Source: Clostridia bacterium | Lineage (GTDB): Bacteria > Bacillota > Sulfobacillia > SLMV01 | Length of the DNA stretch: 64,000 nucleotides | Reading direction: 5' to 3' | Assembly: GCA_003551365.1 (NCBI GenBank) | Contig: PUMM01000024.1 | Span: 10,556-74,555 of the forward strand | Shown here: piece after piece, positions 32,867-41,254 of the stretch | How positions within the stretch are numbered: the first letter of the stretch is position 1 | How the letters are laid out: every line of letters begins with the position of its first letter | The notes under the pieces: model-generated | What the model saw: only the letters and a program-made list of their open reading frames with translations | Told to the model about the DNA's origin: nothing | Databases searched by the model: none | Translations under genes and position numbers: made by a program

Positions 32867-34027
32867 TCATTCGTAGCGCAGGGACTGGATGGGGTCCAGG
32901 CGGGCCGCCTGCACGGCCGGATACACGCCGGACGCCAGTCCCACCGCCGCCGAGAAGCCGCAGGCCAGGATGACGCTGCTCGGGGTGATGACGGCGGTGA
33001 GGCCGAAGAAGCGGATTATGGCCGTCAGGCCCCAGCCGCACAGTATCCCCAGGAATCCACCGCCCAGGCTCAGGGCCACCGATTCGATGAGAAACTGCAG
33101 GAGTATGTCGCGCCGACGTGCGCCGACCGCCTTTCTGATGCCTATCTCCCGGGTTCTCTCCTTGACCGAGACCAGCATGATGTTCATGATACCGATACCC
33201 CCCACCACCAGCGATATGCCGGCTATGGCCCCCAGCATGATGGTGAGGGTGCCGGTGATGGCGTCCACGATCTCCAGGATCTGACTCTGGCTGGTGACCA
33301 TGACCGCGTCCTCGCGCCCGGCCAACACCTCGAAGATACGTTCGATGTGGGCGGTGGCCAGGTCGATGGTGTCTGCTCCGGTGCCCTGCGCGTACAGCAT
33401 ATTGATGCGGTCGGTGCGCAGGGTGCGCTGCAGGGCGGTTATGGGGGCGAGCATCACATTGTCGAGATCCTGGCCCATGGTTGCCCCCTGCGCGCGCAGT
33501 ATGCCGATGACCGTGTAGGAGTGTCCTTCAATGGTGATCCCCTCCCCCAGGGGCGAGCGCCCCCCGAAGAGCTCCTCTGCCACCGTGGTGCCGATGACCG
33601 CCACCCGGTGGCGAAAGCGGACGTCCTCGGCATCGAACAGCCGTCCCTCCTGCATCTGCAGCGCGAGGATATCGGCGTAACTGCCCCCCACGCCCTCCAC
33701 ATTGGCCCGGTGCGTCTCCGTGCCCCACCGCAGGGTGGTGACGGTGCTGAGCAGGGGAGAGGCCGCCTGCACGGTGGGGACGCGCCGGACGATCTCATCC
33801 GCATCGCTGGCGGTGAAGCTGTAGCCGCCGCGCGGGGCAATGAGGATGGCGTTGGTGCCCAGCCGGTCTATCTCCCGGGTTATGTCCAGGTGGGCGCCCT
33901 GCCCCACCCCGATGAGGGTGATGACGGCGGCCACGCCAATGATGATGCCCAGGGTGGTCAGTGCGGAGCGGAGCGTGTTGCCGGTGATTCCCATCCATGC
34001 GGCCCGCAGGCCCTCGCGCAGTATCAT
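32867..34027 (-). CDS. ABC transporter permease, MacB/FtsX type
   Basis: N-terminal TM, large extracytoplasmic domain, three C-terminal TM helices with an FtsX-type ERTREIGIRKAVGA motif. Confidence 0.9.
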   Translation of the reverse strand: MILREGLRAAWMGITGNTLRSALTTLGIIIGVAAVITLIGVGQGAHLDITREIDRLGTNAILIAPRGGYSFTASDADEIVRRVPTVQAASPLLSTVTTLRWGTETHRANVEGVGGSYADILALQMQEGRLFDAEDVRFRHRVAVIGTTVAEELFGGRSPLGEGITIEGHSYTVIGILRAQGATMGQDLDNVMLAPITALQRTLRTDRINMLYAQGTGADTIDLATAHIERIFEVLAGREDAVMVTSQSQILEIVDAITGTLTIMLGAIAGISLVVGGIGIMNIMLVSVKERTREIGIRKAVGARRRDILLQFLIESVALSLGGGFLGILCGWGLTAIIRFFGLTAVITPSSVILACGFSAAVGLASGVYPAVQAARLDPIQSLRYE

Positions 34028-34728
34028 GGTTTCGCCCCCACCCGGGCCGGCTCATCGGAGACGATCTCTCCGTCCAGGAGGCGGATCACCCGCCGGCAGT
34101 GGGCGGCCACGTCCTCTTCGTGCGTCACGATCACCACGGTCATGCCGTCCCGGTTGAGCGCGGTGAGAAGGCGCATGAGGTCCTCCTGCGCCCGGGTGTC
34201 CAGGTTGCCGGTGGGTTCATCCGCCAGCAGCAGGGAGGGATCGGTGGCCAGGCTTCTGGCCACGGCGGCGCGCTGCTTCTGTCCGCCGGACAGCTGGTTG
34301 GGGCGGTGGTGCATCCGATCCGCCAGTCCCACCTGCTGCAGGGCTCTCTCGGCCCGCTCCCGGCGCTCCCGTGCGGCCATGGGGCGGTAGGTGAGGGGCA
34401 GGATGACGTTGTCCAGGGCGTGCATGGAGGGGAGGAGATTGAATTCCTGAAAGACGAACCCCAGGTAGCGGTTTCTGAGCTGGGCCAGCTCGTCGTCGCT
34501 GCGGCCGGCCACGTCCTCGCCCGCCAGCAGGTAGCTGCCGCGGGTGGGGCGGTCCAGGCAGCCCAGGGTGTGCATCAGGGTGGACTTGCCGGATCCCGAC
34601 GGTCCCATGATGGCCACCATCTCGCCCGCCTCGATATCGAAGCTCACCCTGCGCAGGGCGTGCACCTGCACTGCCCCGGTGTCATAGATGCGGTGTACGT
34701 CGATGATCTGTACCACCGGTGCGGTCAC
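34024..34728 (-). CDS. ABC transporter ATP-binding protein (MacB/LolD-like)
   Basis: Walker A GPSGSGKST, signature LSGGQKQRAAVARSL, Walker B LLLADEPTGNLD. Confidence 0.95.
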   Translation of the reverse strand: MTAPVVQIIDVHRIYDTGAVQVHALRRVSFDIEAGEMVAIMGPSGSGKSTLMHTLGCLDRPTRGSYLLAGEDVAGRSDDELAQLRNRYLGFVFQEFNLLPSMHALDNVILPLTYRPMAARERRERAERALQQVGLADRMHHRPNQLSGGQKQRAAVARSLATDPSLLLADEPTGNLDTRAQEDLMRLLTALNRDGMTVVIVTHEEDVAAHCRRVIRLLDGEIVSDEPARVGAKP

Positions 34729-34734
34729 GGCGGA

Positions 34735-36291
34735 TCACCCGCCCCCGCCGGGTCCCGGTCCCATGAAGGGCGGGGTCATGGGCGGCCGCACCGAGGCCAG
34801 GACCACTTCCTCTCCGACCTGCACGCCGGAGATGATCTCGGTGTGGGTGCCGTCGGAGAGGCCGATTTCCACCTCGCGCACCTGCACATCCCCGTCGGTG
34901 CGTACCCGCACGGTGCTGATTCCGTCGGCGGTCACCACGGCTTCGGCCGGCACCACCACTGCGTCGGCCACCCGCCCGACCTCGATCTCGGCGGTGGCCG
35001 ACATGCCGTCCCGCAGCCCATCCGTAGGGGGGACGGTGATGGTGACGGAGTACACCGCTACGCCGTCGGCGATGGTGGCGGTGCGGGAGACGGACGCCAC
35101 CTCACCGTGGATCTCTGCGCGCGGCAGGGCGTCCACCTTTATGCGGGCCTCCTGTCCCACCTGTACGGCCGCAATATCCAGCTCGTCCACTTCGATTTCC
35201 AGGTGGTAGGGATCGGAGTCGGACACGGTCAGCAGGTGGGCTCCCGGGCTGACGTGGTCCCCTGCTTCGCACTCCACTTCCGTCACAGTTCCAGCCACCG
35301 GGGAGACAATGGTCAGGTCGCGCAGCGCCCGCTCCTCGGCGGCTATGGCCAGCTCCGCCTGCCGAATGCGCAGCAGCTGCTGGTTGATGGCCACCGAATG
35401 CGAGGGAGAGGACAGAACCAGGAAGGGGTCGTCCTCGTGCACTTTCTGTCCCGCGCGCACCATGAGCTGCTCCACGGTTCCGCCCACTTCTGAGTAGACG
35501 CGGGTGACGGGCAGCTCCACCACTTCTCCCTCACGGGTGAAGCCGCGGGCGGGGAAGTGCACGTCGGCGGTCTGCCCGGGGGAGATCAGGCCGCGGGGAT
35601 TTTCTGCAGTTATCTCCACGGTGTGCAGGGCCACGCGGTCGGCCGGAGTGGCCTCTTCATCTACATCTACCACCTGGCCGGGGAGTGACCCGGCGAAGTC
35701 GTGCAGGTACAGGGTGACCGCGTCGCCGGGGGAGATGTATTCCACCTCGCGCGGGGTGACGCCCACTTCCAGGTGGGCGACGTCGTCGCGCACGATCTCG
35801 CCCAGGGGAGTGTCCGGGCCTATGCGGTCGCCCTCCTGCACGGCCACCGAGCGCAGGCGGCCGGAGGCCGGGACTGCGACGGAGGTGGCGGCCATGAGAT
35901 CATCCGGCAGCGGATCATCCGGAGACAGACCCAGCAGCTCGCGCAGACTGAGGCGGGCCGACTGCAGATCCAGGCGGCTCCTCTCCGCCCGCAGCTGCAG
36001 GTCCTCGTCGTCCATCTCCACCAGGATGTCGCCTGTGCCTACGCTGTCTCCGACGGAGACATGTACGGCGGCCAGCTCGCCGGCGGCAGTGGCGGTCACC
36101 TCGCGGCGCCGGTGCGGCTGCAGGTGTCCGGAGTCGGAGACCGTGGAGATCACCTCGCCCTTCGTCACGGTCTCGGTCACGTACTGCTCCACCGCGGCGT
36201 GCCGGGCGGCCTGCGTGCGCAGGTACATCCATCCCCCTGCGATTATGACTGTAAGGATTAAAAAAGCTGTGAGCCAGGGCCGTTTGCGCAT
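34735..36291 (-). CDS. Efflux periplasmic adaptor (HlyD/MacA/YknX-like membrane fusion protein)
   Basis: N-terminal TM helix, coiled-coil hairpin and beta-barrel-type repeats. First gene of the minus-strand operon. ATG 36291 is preferred over GTG 36306. Confidence 0.83.
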   Translation of the reverse strand: MRKRPWLTAFLILTVIIAGGWMYLRTQAARHAAVEQYVTETVTKGEVISTVSDSGHLQPHRRREVTATAAGELAAVHVSVGDSVGTGDILVEMDDEDLQLRAERSRLDLQSARLSLRELLGLSPDDPLPDDLMAATSVAVPASGRLRSVAVQEGDRIGPDTPLGEIVRDDVAHLEVGVTPREVEYISPGDAVTLYLHDFAGSLPGQVVDVDEEATPADRVALHTVEITAENPRGLISPGQTADVHFPARGFTREGEVVELPVTRVYSEVGGTVEQLMVRAGQKVHEDDPFLVLSSPSHSVAINQQLLRIRQAELAIAAEERALRDLTIVSPVAGTVTEVECEAGDHVSPGAHLLTVSDSDPYHLEIEVDELDIAAVQVGQEARIKVDALPRAEIHGEVASVSRTATIADGVAVYSVTITVPPTDGLRDGMSATAEIEVGRVADAVVVPAEAVVTADGISTVRVRTDGDVQVREVEIGLSDGTHTEIISGVQVGEEVVLASVRPPMTPPFMGPGPGGGG

Positions 36292-36339
36292 GATGCAATT
36301 TTCCACCCCTCCGGCGTTTATCTGTATGATGGTATGAAA

Positions 36340-36355
36340 CTGACCAGTCGGTCAG
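36340..36355. promoter_or_regulatory. Palindrome CTGACC-AGTC-GGTCAG in the divergent efflux/flagellin intergenic region (operator candidate)
   Basis: Perfect 6-bp inverted arms. A further CGGTCAGAA copy at 36391-36399 repeats 36349-36357. Confidence 0.3.
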
Positions 36356-36432
36356 AAGTAGTTTAAGCCATTCTGCCCCCGGGGTCAATGCGGTCAGAAT
36401 GGGAGGTACTGGGGAGATCTCGGGCGGGGAGC

Positions 36433-36460
36433 TAAAGTTTGCGGGGCGTTTTCCGATAAT
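36433..36460 (+). promoter_or_regulatory. Sigma-D (sigma-28) promoter of the flagellin gene
   Basis: TAAA (36433-36436), N15, tCCGATAA (36452-36459): 11 of 12 consensus positions of TAAA-N15-GCCGATAA. ~125 nt upstream of the flagellin ATG. Confidence 0.7.
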
Positions 36461-36585
36461 ACTGGTGAAGGCAGAAAGCGGAGCCGGCAGGGCCCGCCGA
36501 CGGAACCGGCAGCCCCAGTTCGGATCGAGATACCGCGGCGGGAGAGGGCTCCGGGAACATCACCCACAAGGAGGAGGATGTTGTG

Positions 36586-38058
36586 ATGAGGATTCAGACA
36601 AATATCGACTCATTGAATGCCTACCGCAACCTGAATCAGACCAACCGTTCGATGTCGCAGTCGATGGAGCGACTGTCCTCGGGCTTTCGCATCAACCGGG
36701 CTTCGGACGATGCGGCGGGACTGGCCATATCGGAGAAGATGCGCGGACAGGTACGGGGGCTGGACCAGGCGGTGCGGAACGCCCAGGATGGCATTTCCCT
36801 GATCCAGACGGCGGAGGGTGCGCTGAATGAGACGCACGCCATCCTGCAGGAGATGCGGGAGCTGGCCAACCAGGCGGCCAACGATACCCTGACAGAGGAT
36901 GATCGTTCTGCCATCCAGCAGGACATCGATCAGCTGGCGACAGAGATCAGCCGTATCGGCAGGACGACGGAATTCAACACGGCCGAGCTGCTCGACGGTA
37001 CATTTACCGGGACTTTGCACATAGGTGCAAACGAAGGACAGAATATGGACATCGAGATTGGTGACATGCGGGCCGAGACTCTCGGAATCGCAGCCTCCGA
37101 GGGAATAGAGATTGAGGTTGATGCTACGGTCAGCCACGGCGACTGGGACGATGATAGTGCAAAGGTGGCCTGGGATGTGGAGGCGGATCAGGCATTTGAT
37201 GTGGTTGAATTTGACGAGACAATAGAGAATGTCGGTGAAACCAGTGTTGAAGGCTTTGGTGACGGTATAGACGCAAATTACGGTCTGGAAGATGGGGATG
37301 GCAATATAGTCGCAGTTAGCGACGACGGTGTCGAGTTTCAGGCTCTTGCTGATGCTACGGGCGAAGATGATTTGGACAGTGATACAGAAGTTGCGCATTG
37401 GGACGATAGTGGCACCGACACTGCTTTTGACGCATTCGACTTCGGCGATGAACTTGCCGTCGGCAGCGAGGTGGAGTTTGCTGAACTGGACGGAGATGAC
37501 CTGACCGCAACGGGCGACCATAACATCGAGTTCCAGGACGCAGATCTGGCATCCGGCACCTATACCGTCGTTGATGGGGACCATAACCTGGTTGGCGACG
37601 AGCACCATGGTCTTGTCAACTCGCAGGATGAACTCGTCGCCTATTCCGAGGATGGCGAAGCCTGGGAAACCATGGGAGGCGAAGAGCTTTTCACTGTGGA
37701 CGAGGATAATGCATTCACAACCCCAGGCGAGGAGCTGGAGGTTACTGGAGAGGGTGGCATCGACGTATCCAGTCACTCCGCGGCAAATTCAGCTCTTCCT
37801 GATCTCGATGAAGCCATAGACCTGGTCTCCCTGCAGCGCTCGGAGATGGGCGCCATCCAGAACCGCCTGGATCACACCATCACCAACCTGGAGGTGGCCA
37901 GCGAGAACCTCACCGCCGCCGAATCCAGGATCCGCGATGTGGACATGGCCGCGGAGATGACCGAGTTCACCAAGGATCAGGTACTGACTGAGGCCGGCAC
38001 CGCCATGCTGGCGCAGGCCAACATGGCTCCGCAGTCGGTGCTGCAGCTGCTCGGATGA
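36586..38058 (+). CDS. hag: Flagellin with a long, very acidic central domain
   Basis: MRIQTNIDSLNAYRNL...RINRASDDAAGLAISEKMRGQ N-terminus and AIQNRLDHTITNL...APQSVLQLL C-terminus. SD AAGGAGGAGGA upstream. Confidence 0.95.
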   Translation: MRIQTNIDSLNAYRNLNQTNRSMSQSMERLSSGFRINRASDDAAGLAISEKMRGQVRGLDQAVRNAQDGISLIQTAEGALNETHAILQEMRELANQAANDTLTEDDRSAIQQDIDQLATEISRIGRTTEFNTAELLDGTFTGTLHIGANEGQNMDIEIGDMRAETLGIAASEGIEIEVDATVSHGDWDDDSAKVAWDVEADQAFDVVEFDETIENVGETSVEGFGDGIDANYGLEDGDGNIVAVSDDGVEFQALADATGEDDLDSDTEVAHWDDSGTDTAFDAFDFGDELAVGSEVEFAELDGDDLTATGDHNIEFQDADLASGTYTVVDGDHNLVGDEHHGLVNSQDELVAYSEDGEAWETMGGEELFTVDEDNAFTTPGEELEVTGEGGIDVSSHSAANSALPDLDEAIDLVSLQRSEMGAIQNRLDHTITNLEVASENLTAAESRIRDVDMAAEMTEFTKDQVLTEAGTAMLAQANMAPQSVLQLLG

Positions 38059-38081
38059 TGACGCAGACGGGGTTCTGTTCA

Positions 38082-38115
38082 GCGGGCGGGCCGGGCGTGA
38101 TGCCGGTCCGCCCGC
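38082..38115 (+). terminator. Strong GC hairpin after the flagellin gene
   Basis: 13-bp stem GCGGGCGGGCCGG/CCGGTCCGCCCGC (one G-U), 8-nt loop. No U-tract. Confidence 0.5.
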
Positions 38116-38133
38116 AGTAGAGAGGTGACGATC

Positions 38134-38505
38134 ATGCGGGTGGAGAGAGTGGACGGCAGTTCGGCATCACGCGCATCGGAGCGGGCGACGGAGAAGCACG
38201 CATCCCCGCGCGATGCACAGAAGCTCTCCCGCGAGGAGTTTGCCAGCAGACAGCAGCGCCTGGAGCGGGACCTGGACATAAATGAGGACCACCTGGAGGA
38301 ACACATAGACCTTCTCAACGACACACTCCGCACCTTCGACAAGCGGCTGCGGTTTGACATCCACCGGGACACCGAGCAGATCTACACCCAGGTCATTGAC
38401 GCGGAGACGGAGGAGATTCTGCGGGAGATACCGCCGGAGGAAGTGCTGAACATGGTGGCCCGCATCGACGAGCTGGTCGGACTCATCGTGGACGAGAAAG
38501 TGTGA
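38134..38505 (+). CDS. flaG: FlaG-family flagellar protein
   Basis: C-terminal LRFDIHRDTEQIYTQVIDAETEEILREIPPEEVLNMVARI fits the FlaG pattern. Position between flagellin and fliD. Confidence 0.8.
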   Translation: MRVERVDGSSASRASERATEKHASPRDAQKLSREEFASRQQRLERDLDINEDHLEEHIDLLNDTLRTFDKRLRFDIHRDTEQIYTQVIDAETEEILREIPPEEVLNMVARIDELVGLIVDEKV

Positions 38506-38514
38506 GGTGATTGC

Positions 38515-40185
38515 ATGGTATCGGGCGTGGCTTTCGACGGCCTGGCTTCCGGGCTGGAGACGCAGGAGATTCTGGAAAAGCTCATGGAGATCGAACGGGA
38601 GCCGATGCGCCGGCTCGAGGGGCAGCGGGAGGAAAAAGAGGCGGAGAAGGGAGCCTGGGAGGACATCAATGCCGGACTCTCCTCTTTCGATTCTTCCCTC
38701 AGTCCCCTGCGCGACGACTCCACCTTTCGGAGCCGGTCCGTCAGTTCCTCCAACGAGGATCTGGTCAGCGCCCGCGCCGACACCGACGCCGTGGAGGGGC
38801 ACTACGAGATAGAGGTGCAGGAGATCGCCACCAATCATCGTATCGCCTCCAACCGCATGGGCTCATCAGATGAAGAGCTGGGAATCGAGGCAGAGCTGCA
38901 GATAAATGGAGAATTCGTGCAGATAGAAGAGGGCGACGACCTCATCGACATTCGCGATGCGGTGAATGCCGCCGATGCGGGGGTGCGGGCCTCGGTGGTA
39001 GACCACCACCTGGTTCTCACCTCGCAGGATACCGGGTTGGAAAACTTCATCGATCTGCAGATAGAAGAGGCAAATGATCAGCTGGATGAGCTGGGACTGC
39101 TGGATTCCGCCTCGGCCGGGGTTGCAGATGCGGGAGATGAATACGGAGCACTGACAGCGACAGAAGAGGGAGAGGATTACCAGGTGGTCGCCCCCGAGGG
39201 CGGCGCGCAGCTCAACGGCGACATCTACAACTTCGCCCTGCAGAACGCCGACGGAGAATTCACCGCCGTCAGTGTCGACGGCACCTCCTATCACGCGCTG
39301 GAGGAGGCGGTTGATGACCTCACAGAAGGGGAGCTGTATGGTGAAGCTATCGAATTTTCGGGAGCGGTGCGCAGCGGCACCGTCACCGCACAGCTGGAAG
39401 ACGACGACTCCATCACCCTCACCGGCGATACCCCGAAGAGGGAGCTTTCCGCCCCGCAGGATGCCCAGTTCACCATCGACGGCCTCGACATCACCTCCGA
39501 CACCAACACCGGCATCAGCGACGTCATGGACGGGGTCACCTTTGACCTGCACGGGGTCACGGACGGACCGGAGACGGTGGAGATAGCGCACGATACCGAC
39601 AGGGCACTGGAAGAGGTGCGGGGGTTCGTAGATAAATTCAATGAAATATCAGAAAAAATGGATGCAATGGGAGCCCGCGATGAGATCCTGGCGGGTGATG
39701 GCACCCTGAGGAGAATCAGCAGCAGCCTGCGCGATGTGATCATGCGCGAGGCAGAATTCTCCGATGATCATCAGTTGAACTTTTTGCACGAAGTGGGAAT
39801 ATCCATCGACCGGCACGGCGAGATGTCCCTGGACGAGGACGAATTCACCGACGCCCTGCGCGAAAACCCGGAGGATGTGCGGGTCCTGTTCGCCGGGAGG
39901 GAGAGCCAACAGGGCGCCGACGGCCTGAGCCGCCGCCTGGGCGACCACCTGCACACCTACCTGCGCAGCGGCGATGGAATACTCACGCAGAGAGAGCAGA
40001 TGTACGATCGGATGATCGAATCGGTGGATGGACGGATGGAGACCCTGGAGCGCCGGCTGGAGCGGCGCGAGGCGAGTCTCACCAACCAGTTCATACAGAT
40101 GGAGCAGGCGCTGTCCGACATGCAGTCGCAGGGGCAGTGGCTGTCCGGGCAGATTCAGTCCCTGCCGGGAATGGGCGGAAACTAG
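38515..40185 (+). CDS. fliD: Flagellar filament cap protein FliD
   Basis: N-terminus FDGLASGLETQEILEKLMEIEREPM and C-terminus LTNQFIQMEQALSDMQSQGQWL. Confidence 0.92.
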   Translation: MVSGVAFDGLASGLETQEILEKLMEIEREPMRRLEGQREEKEAEKGAWEDINAGLSSFDSSLSPLRDDSTFRSRSVSSSNEDLVSARADTDAVEGHYEIEVQEIATNHRIASNRMGSSDEELGIEAELQINGEFVQIEEGDDLIDIRDAVNAADAGVRASVVDHHLVLTSQDTGLENFIDLQIEEANDQLDELGLLDSASAGVADAGDEYGALTATEEGEDYQVVAPEGGAQLNGDIYNFALQNADGEFTAVSVDGTSYHALEEAVDDLTEGELYGEAIEFSGAVRSGTVTAQLEDDDSITLTGDTPKRELSAPQDAQFTIDGLDITSDTNTGISDVMDGVTFDLHGVTDGPETVEIAHDTDRALEEVRGFVDKFNEISEKMDAMGARDEILAGDGTLRRISSSLRDVIMREAEFSDDHQLNFLHEVGISIDRHGEMSLDEDEFTDALRENPEDVRVLFAGRESQQGADGLSRRLGDHLHTYLRSGDGILTQREQMYDRMIESVDGRMETLERRLERREASLTNQFIQMEQALSDMQSQGQWLSGQIQSLPGMGGN

Positions 40186-40207
40186 CGATGGGAGCGGGTG
40201 ATGAAAC

Positions 40208-40591
40208 GTGAGGCGCTGTCGCACACTGCATCTTCTTTACGATGAGTACCGCAGGCTCACCCGCGAGCTGGCCTCCGCCTGTGCCTCCGCCGATTTTGCG
40301 CGGGTCACCCGGTTGATAGAGCGGCGGGATGACATGGCTTCCGCCATAGATCGCCAGCGGGAGGACATCCCCGATCCCGTGCTGACGGAGTATCCGCAGC
40401 TGGAGAACATGCAGCAGTGTCTGCTGGAAATCCACAGGCTGGAGCGCGAGGTCACCCGCAGGCTGCAGTCCGACGTAAAGAGCGTCGCAGAAGATGCGGC
40501 AGAGGCCTCCCGCCGGCGCATGAAGACCGCCTCGTATCAGAAGAACCGGCAGGTGCGGAAACGGGCCACCGCCTACGACAGACGGGGTTGA
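40208..40591 (+). CDS. Hypothetical helical protein in the flagellar cluster (FliT/FlgN-like pattern)
   Basis: 127 aa, predicted all-helical, basic C-terminus, between fliD and fliS. No diagnostic motif. Confidence 0.45.
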   Translation: MRRCRTLHLLYDEYRRLTRELASACASADFARVTRLIERRDDMASAIDRQREDIPDPVLTEYPQLENMQQCLLEIHRLEREVTRRLQSDVKSVAEDAAEASRRRMKTASYQKNRQVRKRATAYDRRG

Positions 40592-40612
40592 AACTGCAGG
40601 AGGGAGATAGCC

Positions 40613-41017
40613 GTGAACAGAAGCCACGCCTACCACCAGTACAGGGGAACACAGGTACAGACCTCCGGAACGAAGAACCTCATGCGCATGCTGCACCGGG
40701 GAGCGGTGAAGTTCATGAACCTGGCGGAAAAGTGCATAGAGGAGGGGGAGTTTGCCGGGGCCAACGAGCACCTCATCCGAAGCCAGGACATAGTCAATGA
40801 AATCCGCTTCTCCTTCCCGGAGGGCGAGGACGAACTGTCGCAGAATGTGCGCGGCCTCTACGCCTTCATGTACCGCCGGCTGGTACAGGCCAACGTGGAC
40901 AAGGATGCGGGCATGATCTCCGAGGTGCGCGAACTGATAATCGAGATGGGCGAGGCCTGGGATGGTGCCGCCCGCGCGGCGGAAGACGGGGATGGGTCCA
41001 TAGATGTGACGGGATGA
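40613..41017 (+). CDS. fliS: Flagellar export chaperone FliS
   Basis: AYHQYRGTQVQTS...LMRMLHRGAVKFM...LYAFMYRRLVQANVDKD typical of FliS. Confidence 0.9.
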   Translation: MNRSHAYHQYRGTQVQTSGTKNLMRMLHRGAVKFMNLAEKCIEEGEFAGANEHLIRSQDIVNEIRFSFPEGEDELSQNVRGLYAFMYRRLVQANVDKDAGMISEVRELIIEMGEAWDGAARAAEDGDGSIDVTG

Positions 41018-41021
41018 GAGC

Positions 41022-41246
41022 ATGGGTGATTCCGTGCAGCGAACAGCCAGAGAACTGGTCAGACGCCGGGATGATCTGCAGCAGCACTACTTCCTGCTGC
41101 GTGGCACACTGACAGAACTCCGCCGCCAGCGCGGGCAGCTGCAGGCACAGATCCGCTCAGTAGATTTGAGCCAAAATGGCAGAGACGGGGCAGAGGATTC
41201 CCGGCGCGATGTGCGCCCGGGGTCGCATGACTGGAGAGAGAGCTGA
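41022..41246 (+). CDS. Hypothetical small coiled-coil protein
   Basis: 74-aa ORF tightly packed after fliS. No recognisable motif. Confidence 0.35.
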   Translation: MGDSVQRTARELVRRRDDLQQHYFLLRGTLTELRRQRGQLQAQIRSVDLSQNGRDGAEDSRRDVRPGSHDWRES

Positions 41247-41254
41247 CACAGAGC

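Noticed and set aside
36433-36443. The 11-nt identity TAAAGTTTGCG between the flagellin and MCP promoter regions as evidence of a special shared element.
   Set aside because: Identical 11-mers between two sites are expected hundreds of times by chance in 64 kb. Only the sigma-D-like spacing and position are used as evidence.
36461-36585. Possible c-di-GMP riboswitch or CsrA-binding sites in the flagellin 5' UTR (GGCAGAAAGCGGAGCC; ACAAGGAGGAGGA at the SD).
   Set aside because: It lacks the GGCAAACC and CGCAAAGC strands seen at 22578-22611. GGA motifs are too common to call CsrA sites, and no csrA or fliW is in the window.
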